A DNA stretch of 24,000 nucleotides from Pseudomonas sp. RIT-PI-AD (GTDB lineage Bacteria; Pseudomonadota; Gammaproteobacteria; Pseudomonadales; Pseudomonadaceae). The notes under the pieces are model-generated. The model was not told where the DNA came from, searched no databases, and saw only the letters and a list, made by a program, of their open reading frames with translations. The DNA lies in NCBI RefSeq assembly GCF_025642785.1, contig NZ_JANZKU010000003.1, forward strand, positions 68,295 through 92,294, written 5' to 3'. This document shows, piece by piece, positions 16,504 through 24,000 of the stretch (position 1 is its first letter; the number at the start of each line of letters is the position of its first letter). The translations under genes and the position numbers were made by a program.

Positions 16504-17385
16504 ATGGAGTTCAAACACCTGCGCAGCTTCGCCGAGGTGGTGCGCCAGGGCGGCTTCACCCAGGCGGCCAAGGTCCTGCACGCCAGCCAGTCGGCGATCA
16601 GTAAGCAAGTCGCGCAGCTCGAACACAGCCTCGGCGTGCGCTTGCTGGAGCGCCTGGGCCCGCAGGTTCGCCTGACCGATGCCGGCCAGGTGGTGCAGCG
16701 CCATGCCGAACACCTGCTGAGGCTGCGCCAGGAGCTGCTGAGCGAATTGGACGACCTCAGTCAACTGGCCCAGGGCGAGTTGCGCCTGGGCCTGCCGATG
16801 CTCGGCAGCGATGCCCTGTTCGCCGCGCCCTTCGCCGAATACCGCCGGCGCTATCCGCAGATTTCGGTGCAACTGGTCGAGGCCGGCAGCAAGGGCATCG
16901 AGCAGGCGGTGCTGAACGGCGAGCTCGACCTCGGCGCGGGGCTCCAGCCGGACGACCCGCAGTTCGCCTGCCAGCCCTTCTGCAACGAGCCGCTGGATAT
17001 CCTGCTGCCCGCCGATCACCCACTGGCCGGCTGTGCCAGCCTGCCGCTGGAACGCCTGGCCGAGACGCCCTTCCTGCTCTATCAGCAGAGTTTCACCCTC
17101 AACGACCGCCTGCTGCTAGCCTGCCGCCAGGCCGGCTTCGTCCCCCGCGAGGGCGGCCGCAGCGGCCAGGCCGACTTCCTCGTCGCCCTGGTGGCCGCCG
17201 GCCAGGGCGTGGTGCTGCTGCCGCGGGTGGTCGCCCGTGCGCTGGAGCGCCCGGGCGTGGTGCGCCTGACCCTGGAATCGCCGGATTTGCGCTGGGACAT
17301 CGCCTTTATCTGGCGGCGCGGCGCCTACCTGTCCCACGCGGCGCGGGCCTGGCTCGCGCTGTTGCGGGAGACCCCCGCGGCCTGA
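16504..17385 (+). CDS. LysR-family transcriptional regulator (CidR/YwbI-like by its position next to lrgAB)
   Basis: 293 aa. N-terminal wHTH MEFKHLRSFAEVVRQGGFTQAAKVLHASQSAISKQVAQLE, then a LysR substrate-binding domain. Confidence 0.92.
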   Translation: MEFKHLRSFAEVVRQGGFTQAAKVLHASQSAISKQVAQLEHSLGVRLLERLGPQVRLTDAGQVVQRHAEHLLRLRQELLSELDDLSQLAQGELRLGLPMLGSDALFAAPFAEYRRRYPQISVQLVEAGSKGIEQAVLNGELDLGAGLQPDDPQFACQPFCNEPLDILLPADHPLAGCASLPLERLAETPFLLYQQSFTLNDRLLLACRQAGFVPREGGRSGQADFLVALVAAGQGVVLLPRVVARALERPGVVRLTLESPDLRWDIAFIWRRGAYLSHAARAWLALLRETPAA

Positions 17386-17443
17386 AGCGGGCCCGTGGCG
17401 CCTGCAAGGGCGCCTGGACGCCCGGCTGCGGGCGCAGGATCGG

Positions 17444-17911
17444 CTACATCAACTCGGCGTAGGGGCCGCTTAGCAGCGGCCATTCCAACTGCGCCTGGGG
17501 ATCGTCGGCGAGCAGGCGGAAACCGGCGAAGTCGAACGCCGGCGCCACCGTACACCCCACCAGCGCGTAGGCGCCCAGCGATCGCGCCGCCTGCCAGGCA
17601 CAGGCCGGCACCGCCCGTTGCGGCAGGCTCCGCTCGTCCACCGGGCCGAGGCGCTCGCGCCGCACGCTGTGCGGGGTCTCGGCGACCAACAGTTCCAGGG
17701 GCTCGCCTTCATAGAAATGCCACAGCTCGTCGGCGTCCACCCGGTGCCAGCGACTGGCCACGCCGGCGGGCAACAGGAAGAGGATCGCCGAAGAACAGCG
17801 GCGCCCGCCGGGCAGGCGCTGCACCGACTCGAAGACCCGCCGGTAGTAGCCCCCTTCGGGATGCGCGGTCAGCGCCAGGCGCTCGATGAGTTCGGCGGCG
17901 CGCGGGTCCAT
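17444..17911 (-). CDS. Cupin-fold DUF985 protein
   Basis: 155 aa. HPEGGYYRRVFES...SAILFLL....SRWHRVDADELWHFYEG matches the DUF985 cupin pattern. The ATG shares one base with the flavodoxin stop (TGATG). Confidence 0.8.
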   Translation of the reverse strand: MDPRAAELIERLALTAHPEGGYYRRVFESVQRLPGGRRCSSAILFLLPAGVASRWHRVDADELWHFYEGEPLELLVAETPHSVRRERLGPVDERSLPQRAVPACAWQAARSLGAYALVGCTVAPAFDFAGFRLLADDPQAQLEWPLLSGPYAELM

Positions 17912-18366
17912 CAGCGGCCGCGCAACAGACCGATCAGTTCGGCCAGCCAGGGTTCGGCGTCGGTTTCCGGGGTGACGCTTTCGCTGGCGTCCAGGCGCAG
18001 CATCGGCAGCACCTCGAGGATGCCCATCTCGGCATACAGCTCGCGGATCTGCTCGCCGCCGCCGCAATAGGTATCGCCGTAGCTGGAATCGCCCAGGCCG
18101 ATCACCGCGCCGGGCCGCCCGGACCAGGCCGGCAGGCGGTCGCGCAGGGCGTGGTAGAGCGGTTGCAGGTTGTCCGGCAATTCGCCCATGCCGGTGGTGG
18201 AGGTGACCACCAGCAGCGCCTCGGGGGCGAAGGCCAACAGCTCGTCGAGGCCGGCGCGCGGGTGATACCAGGTCTCCAACCCGGCGGCGCCGAGCAGGCG
18301 CTGGGCGTGTCGGGCGACCTCTTCGGCGGCGCCGTAGACCGAACCGGACAGAATGGCGATCTTCAT
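17911..18366 (-). CDS. Flavodoxin (MioC/YqcA-like, FMN-binding)
   Basis: GGGAG lies before ATG 18366. MKIAILSGSVYGAAEEVA (phosphate loop) ...VVTSTTGMGELPDN...GLGDSSYGDTYCGGG are flavodoxin-like motifs. 151 aa. Confidence 0.85.
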   Translation of the reverse strand: MKIAILSGSVYGAAEEVARHAQRLLGAAGLETWYHPRAGLDELLAFAPEALLVVTSTTGMGELPDNLQPLYHALRDRLPAWSGRPGAVIGLGDSSYGDTYCGGGEQIRELYAEMGILEVLPMLRLDASESVTPETDAEPWLAELIGLLRGR

Positions 18367-18411
18367 CGAAAACTCCCAAACCAAGCGAAACGCCGGGCAG
18401 TATGCCGCAAG

Positions 18412-18439
18412 TGGACAGCCCGTCCCGATGTTTTAGAAT
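18412..18439 (+). promoter_or_regulatory. Sigma70-type promoter for the LOV gene
   Basis: TGGACA-N16-TAGAAT, ending 29 nt upstream of the LOV ATG. Confidence 0.5.
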
Positions 18440-18468
18440 CCCCGCACTGGCACTTCAGGTAACGACCG

Positions 18469-18909
18469 ATGATCAACGCGACGCTCCTGCAACGGATGAT
18501 CGACGCCTCCAACGACGGCATCGTGGTGGCCGAACAGGAGGGCGACGACAACATCCTGATCTACGCCAACCCGGCCTTCGAGCGGCTCACCGGCTACGCC
18601 CGCGACGACATCCTCTACCAGGACTGCCGCTTCCTGCAGAACGGCGAGCACGAGCAGACCGGTATCGCCGCGATCCGCAAGGCGATCCAGCGCCAGCAAC
18701 CGTGCCGGCAGATCATCCGCAACTATCGCCGCGACGGCAGCGCCTTCTGGAACGAGCTGTCGATCACCCCGGTGTTCAACGAAAGCGATCGGCTGACCTA
18801 CTACGTCGGCATCCAGAAGGACGTCAGCGAGCAGGTGGAGGCGCAACGGCGGGTACGCGAGCTGGAAGCCGAGCTCGCCGCCCTCAAGGCGCGCTTCGCG
18901 GTCGACTGA
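18469..18909 (+). CDS. Short LOV blue-light photoreceptor (PpSB2-LOV type: LOV core plus N-cap and J-alpha helix, no effector domain)
   Basis: 146 aa. MINATLLQRMIDASNDGIVVAEQEGDDNILIYANPAFERLTGY..DDILYQDCRFLQ...RNYRRDGSAFWNELSITPV...LTYYVGIQKDVSEQV...RVRELEAELAAL is near-collinear with the P. putida short LOV proteins as I recall them. The photoactive Cys53 codon TGC is at 18625-18627. Confidence 0.92.
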   Translation: MINATLLQRMIDASNDGIVVAEQEGDDNILIYANPAFERLTGYARDDILYQDCRFLQNGEHEQTGIAAIRKAIQRQQPCRQIIRNYRRDGSAFWNELSITPVFNESDRLTYYVGIQKDVSEQVEAQRRVRELEAELAALKARFAVD

Positions 18910-18969
18910 CCCTTCGCGCACCCGGCGGAATCGCGGCGCCACGCGCCGCCGCGGAACACCGGCGAGCCC

Positions 18970-19992
18970 TCAGAGCATCGCCGGCGCGCGCCGGCAGAGG
19001 GTATCCAGGGCCGCGACCCAGTCCGGGTGGGTGTTCACGCAAGGCACCAGCACCAGTTCCTCGCCACCCGCTTCGCGGAATTGCTCGAGACCCCGCTGGC
19101 CGATCTCCTCCAGGGTCTCGATGCAGTCGGAGACGAACGCCGGGCACATCACCAGCAGTTTCTTCACCCCTTGCTTGCCCAGCGCGTCCAGGCGCGCCTC
19201 GGTGTAGGGCTCGATCCACTTGTCGCGGCCGAGGCGCGACTGGAAGGACACCGACCATTGCTCGGGCCGCAGGCCGGCGCGCGCGGCGAAGGCTTCGGCG
19301 GTGCGCAGGCACTGGCTGCGGTAGCAGACCGCGAGCACGTCGTCGCGCACCTCGGCGCTGCTCGGTGCGCGCAGGTCGTGGCCGGGGTCGCGGACCAGCT
19401 TGCGGATATGCCGCTCCGGCAGGCCGTGGAAGCTCAGCAGCAAGTGATCGAAATCCTGCTGCAAGTACGGCCGGGCGCTGGCCACCAATGCGTCCAGGTA
19501 CTCGGGCTGGTCGTAGAACGGCTGCAGGACCGACACCTGCAGGTTCAGCCCCTGCTCGCGGATCACCCGCAGGGCCTCCTCCACGGCGGTGGTGGTGGTG
19601 CTGTCGGCGAACTGCGGGTACAGCGGCGCCAGGGTCACCTGGCCAATGCCCTGGCGGGCCAGGCCGACCAGCGCCCGCTCGATGGAGGGTTCGCCGTAGC
19701 GCATCGCCAGCTCCACCGGCCCCTGGGTCCAGCGCGCCTTCATCGCCTCCTGCAAGCGTCGGCTGAGGACGATCAGCGGCGAGCCTTCCGGCCACCAGAT
19801 CGACGCATAGGCATGGGCGGACTGCGCCGGCCGGCGGATCAGGATCAGCGAGACCAGCAGGCGCCGCAGCGGCCAGGGCAGGTCGACCACGTAGGGGTCC
19901 ATGAGGAATTCGTCGAGGTAGCGGCGTACGTCGGGCACCTCGGGCGAGGCCGGCGAGCCCAGGTTGGCCAGCAGCAGAGCGTGTTCGGTCAT
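18970..19992 (-). CDS. hemH: Ferrochelatase
   Basis: ATG at 19992 gives 340 aa: [37 protein letters not shown]...[12 protein letters not shown]...[15 protein letters not shown]. The start overlaps the upstream gene's stop (ATGA). Confidence 0.95.
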   Translation of the reverse strand: MTEHALLLANLGSPASPEVPDVRRYLDEFLMDPYVVDLPWPLRRLLVSLILIRRPAQSAHAYASIWWPEGSPLIVLSRRLQEAMKARWTQGPVELAMRYGEPSIERALVGLARQGIGQVTLAPLYPQFADSTTTTAVEEALRVIREQGLNLQVSVLQPFYDQPEYLDALVASARPYLQQDFDHLLLSFHGLPERHIRKLVRDPGHDLRAPSSAEVRDDVLAVCYRSQCLRTAEAFAARAGLRPEQWSVSFQSRLGRDKWIEPYTEARLDALGKQGVKKLLVMCPAFVSDCIETLEEIGQRGLEQFREAGGEELVLVPCVNTHPDWVAALDTLCRRAPAML

Positions 19993-20897
19993 CGGGCGTC
20001 CTCGGAAAGCAGGTCGGCCAGCGCCGACTCCAGCGTGTTGAAACGGAAAACGAAACCGGCTTGCAGGGCACGCAGCGGTACGACCCGCTGACCGCCGAGC
20101 AACAGCCCGGACAATTCGCCCAGGCCCGCCTTCAGCAGCCAGGCGGGAAGCGGCAGGCACGCCGGGCGGCCCAGGGCCCGCGCCAACGCGCGGGTGAAGT
20201 CGCGGTTGCGAACCGGTTGCGGCGCGCACGCATTATAGGGACCGCGCGCCTGCGGGTGCCGCAAGAGAAAATCGATCAGGGCGATCTGGTCCGCCAGGTG
20301 AATCCAGGGCATCCATTGGCGCCCCTGGCCGAGGCGGCCGCCCAGGCCCAGCCGGAACGGCGGCAACAGACGCGCGAGGAAACCGCCTTCGCGCGCCAGG
20401 ACCAGCCCGGTCCGCAGAACCACCACCCGCATCTCCGCGGTTTCGGCGGCGAGGGCGATGCGTTCCCAGTCGGCGCACAGGCGGCTGGCAAAGCCCTGGT
20501 CGCGGGGCGGGCTGGACTCGTCCAGCTCGGCATCCCCCGCGTCGCCGTACCAGCCCACTGCGGAGCCGGACAACAACAGGCTCGGACCCGACCGCCGTTG
20601 CGCCAGCCAGGCCACCAGGCTTTTGCTGAGGGCCAGCCGCGAGGCCCGCAGCAGCGCGCGGCGGGTCTGGCTCCAGGGGCGATCGGCGATACCCGCGCCG
20701 GCCAGGTTGACCACCGCGTCCAGGGGATCGTCGCCGTAATCCTCCAGCCGACCGATGCCGCGTACGCCCTCGCCGCAGCGCGCGGCGACGGAGCCCGGGT
20801 CGCGGCTCCAGACGGTCAACCGATGGCCCTCGGCGCTCCAGCGCCGGCACAGGCCGCGACCGATCAGGCCGGTGCCGCCCGTCAATAGAATGTGCAT
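19989..20897 (-). CDS. TIGR01777/YfcH-like atypical SDR (epimerase family with a DUF1731 C-terminus)
   Basis: ATG at 20897 is preceded by [21 protein letters not shown] Rossmann start. 302 aa. Translationally coupled to hemH. Confidence 0.88.
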   Translation of the reverse strand: MHILLTGGTGLIGRGLCRRWSAEGHRLTVWSRDPGSVAARCGEGVRGIGRLEDYGDDPLDAVVNLAGAGIADRPWSQTRRALLRASRLALSKSLVAWLAQRRSGPSLLLSGSAVGWYGDAGDAELDESSPPRDQGFASRLCADWERIALAAETAEMRVVVLRTGLVLAREGGFLARLLPPFRLGLGGRLGQGRQWMPWIHLADQIALIDFLLRHPQARGPYNACAPQPVRNRDFTRALARALGRPACLPLPAWLLKAGLGELSGLLLGGQRVVPLRALQAGFVFRFNTLESALADLLSEDAR

Positions 20898-20936
20898 GTC
20901 GTTCCTTGCCGGTTGCCGTCCTGGGACTCCAGCGAC

Positions 20937-20975
20937 ATTATACAAATTAAGTTTTATGTACAGCTATTGTATAAA
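20937..20975. promoter_or_regulatory. AT-rich divergent promoter/operator island containing TATACA-N12-TGTACA (candidate class II LitR/PplR box)
   Basis: ATTATACAAATTAAGTTTTATGTACAGCTATTGTATAAA contains TATACA (20939-44), a 12-nt spacer, TGTACA (20957-62), and a third half-site TGTATA (20968-73). On the minus strand there is a perfect TATAAT (20942-20937), 40 nt upstream of the yfcH-like ATG. On the plus strand, TTAAGT-N17-TATAAA (20947-20975). Confidence 0.45.
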
Positions 20976-21119
20976 CATAGCGCACGGGTGAATACGCTAT
21001 TCTCGATCACACCCGCTTGCGGCGCCAGGAAGTGCCGCACGCCGAACGGGCCCGCGCGGTCGCGTTCGGGTGGAGTCGGCGAGCCGATGAATCGGGCGCG
21101 CCGTGGTCCGAGGCATTGA

Positions 21120-22357
<1,238 letters not shown>

Positions 22358-22507
22358 GCGCCCCGCCGGCCTGCCCGGCCCACGAGCGGGCCGGATGCTT
22401 GGCCCGGCGGCGGGGGTCGCGCGCGGACCAGGGGCCCAGCGGCAGACGCCCCTGGCCCGCCCCGCTAAACCGGTCGTGGCCCTATGCCCTTAGGGCGCGG
22501 GTGCGCC

Positions 22508-23515
22508 TCAGGGCTGGCCCTTGCCGCCGGACGCCCCGAAGACCTGTCCGGTGATGTAGCTGCCTTCGGTGGACGCCAGTAACACGTAGATGGGCGCGAT
22601 CTCCGCCGGTTGCCCCGGCCGCTCCATGGGGGTTTCACCGCCGAAGTCCTTGAGTTTCTCCAGGGTCTGCCCGCCGGACACTTGCAGCGCGGTCCAGAAC
22701 GGGCCCGGCGCCACCGCGTTGACCCGAATGCCGCGCTTGGCCATCTGCTTGGCCAAACCCTTGCTGAAGTTGGCGATGGCGGCCTTGGTCATCGCGTAGT
22801 CCACCAGGTTCTCCGAGGGGTCGTAGGCGTTCACCGAGGCGGTGTTGATGATCGCCGAGCCCTCCGGCATCAACGGGATCGCCGCCTTGGTGATCCAGAA
22901 CATGGCGTAGAGATTGGTCTTCAACGTCCAGTCGAATTGCTCGGTGCTGATCTCGAGGATGGAATCGTGGCTCTGCTGGCGACCGGCGTTGTTCACCAGG
23001 ATGTCCAGGCCGCCGAGCGCCTTCGCCGCCTTCTCCACCAGCTCGCGGCAGAAGGCTTCGTTGCGGATGTCGCCGGGAATCGCCACCGCCTTGCGGCCGT
23101 CCTTGCGGATCAGCTCGATCACTTCCCGCGCATCCGGCTCTTCGTCCGGCAGGTAGTTGATCGCCACGTCGGCGCCTTCGCGGGCGTAGGCGATGGCAGC
23201 CGCCCGGCCAATGCCGGAATCGCCGCCGGTGATCAGCGCCTTGCGCCCGGCCAGCCGATTGTTGCCACGGTAACTGGTTTCGCCGTGATCCGGGCGCGGG
23301 TCCATCTTGCCGGCGAGGCCCGGCCAGGGTTGGGTCTGCGCCTTGAACGGCGGGCGCGGATAGCCGCTTTTCGGATCGCGCAGCGGCGGTACGCTGGGCG
23401 CCTGTTCCGCCCCACCGCTCTGGGCGAAGGCCGGGGCCGCCACAGTGGCGGCCAGCGTCACCGCGGCACCTTGCATCAGCTTGCGCCGGGAAGCGGAGAT
23501 TTCGTTTGGTTTCAT
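22508..23515 (-). CDS. YghA/YhxC (general-stress-39)-type SDR oxidoreductase with an N-terminal twin-arginine signal peptide
   Basis: AAGGAG lies before ATG 23515. MKPNEISASRRKLMQGAAVTLAATVAAPAFA|QS is Tat-like. It is followed by ...QPWPGLAGKMDPRPDHGETSYRGNNRLAGRKALITGGDSGIG, NNAG, and YAMTK (YxxxK). 335 aa. Confidence 0.88.
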   Translation of the reverse strand: MKPNEISASRRKLMQGAAVTLAATVAAPAFAQSGGAEQAPSVPPLRDPKSGYPRPPFKAQTQPWPGLAGKMDPRPDHGETSYRGNNRLAGRKALITGGDSGIGRAAAIAYAREGADVAINYLPDEEPDAREVIELIRKDGRKAVAIPGDIRNEAFCRELVEKAAKALGGLDILVNNAGRQQSHDSILEISTEQFDWTLKTNLYAMFWITKAAIPLMPEGSAIINTASVNAYDPSENLVDYAMTKAAIANFSKGLAKQMAKRGIRVNAVAPGPFWTALQVSGGQTLEKLKDFGGETPMERPGQPAEIAPIYVLLASTEGSYITGQVFGASGGKGQP

Positions 23516-23594
23516 GTCGGGCTCCTTGTAAGAACGTGGGAAGGCGCGACGCCACGGCGGTTCCTCCGCCGCGCTGGCCGATGGCCGCGCCACA

Positions 23595-23619
23595 ATGCCC
23601 CTGGTCCATGCAGGGGCAT
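23595..23619. repeat. Perfect 9-bp inverted repeat upstream of the Tat-SDR gene (possible operator or RNA hairpin)
   Basis: ATGCCCCTG-GTCCATG-CAGGGGCAT, 80-104 nt upstream of ATG 23515. Confidence 0.3.
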
Positions 23620-24000
23620 GACTGGGGTAGACGCCCCGCTCTGCCACAACGTTCCCGCCGATTCGCCCGGCCCCGGCCGCCGCCACCGCGCCACCAAGGA
23701 GGGGCGCGAAAAGCCGCTCGCGCACGCCCGGGGAAATCGTCCCCACGAACACGAGCAAGCGTTTCCAGGCGACACAGGCTTGCTCCAGGACAAGGCAGAA
23801 ACTGTTCGATCGATCAAAATCCGCCCGATTTCGGGGAGTCCGGGAGAGGCATGGGTTTCACCGTTTTCGTCGCCGCCCGCTCACCCATGGGCCTGCGCGG
23901 AAAATCCGGGTGCCTTCCCTACCGATCCGGGGTTTTGGCGCCCTTCTTGCTTTGCCCGCCGAGGCCTGACCGTTCGGACAGGTAAAAAAAGAGAAACGCA

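Noticed and set aside
18402-20229. 454-aa plus-strand, 395-aa minus-strand and 419-aa extended hemH ORFs
   Set aside because: These are Arg/Pro/Ala-rich shadow frames. The hemH start at 19992 gives the canonical [15 protein letters not shown]-terminus and an ATGA overlap with the upstream gene.
23800-23816. FNR-like sequence GTTCGATCGATCAA
   Set aside because: Only the right half-site matches. The left half (GTTCG) does not match TTGAT at the required spacing.
23851-23985. 44-codon ORF (MGFTVFVAARSP...) preceded by GGGAGAGG
   Set aside because: Its codons are atypical for this genome (gtt, tca, gga, ctt, cga, ttg, agg, cgt). It has no hydrophobic or other recognisable pattern, so it is probably non-coding.
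23965-23990. Hairpin CCTGACCG-TT-CGGACAGG followed by an A7 run, as a possible terminator
   Set aside because: The stem has an A-A mismatch and a 2-nt loop. On the plus strand it is followed by A rather than T, and on the minus strand the T-run precedes the hairpin. The geometry is wrong for an intrinsic terminator on either strand.

Overview
GC-rich window with strong GC3 bias. It reads as Pseudomonas chromosomal backbone, related to P. aeruginosa but with different gene order. I can support about 27 protein-coding genes. I see no rRNA, tRNA, CRISPR array, transposase, integrase, phage gene, or recognisable defence or toxin-antitoxin module. Most long ORFs in the supplied track are antisense shadows of the real genes. 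Left to right: cstA (partial, minus strand, absent from the ORF track), a DUF3015 secreted protein, an ICMT/PEMT-like methyltransferase, the PilZ adaptor mapZ, radA, a DUF465 protein with a Cys-rich tail, a stand-alone EAL phosphodiesterase, mscL, fpr, rlmG, a REP-bearing intergenic region, cioA-cioB plus a 36-codon micro-ORF, a minus-strand cluster (class II aldolase, MEST-like alpha/beta hydrolase, MFE-2-type SDR, MocA-like nucleotidyltransferase), lrgA-lrgB with a divergent LysR regulator, a flavodoxin-cupin operon, a short LOV blue-light photoreceptor, the yfcH-like/hemH operon, a divergent renalase-like/Trp-rich-protein operon, and a Tat-signal SDR. I do not see a convincing wholly new multi-gene system. 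The best candidates for under-described biology are: (1) a light-related neighbourhood at about 17.4-22.4 kb, where an SB2-type short LOV gene sits beside hemH and a TATACA-N12-TGTACA inverted repeat lies in the only AT-rich island of the window, in the divergent yfcH-hemH / renalase promoter; (2) two FNR/ANR boxes, one perfect and in exact class II activating geometry upstream of the DUF465 gene, the other almost on the cioA ribosome-binding site; (3) a diverged tandem duplication of the rlmG 3-prime end together with its REP hairpin; (4) an SDR with a twin-arginine export signal.
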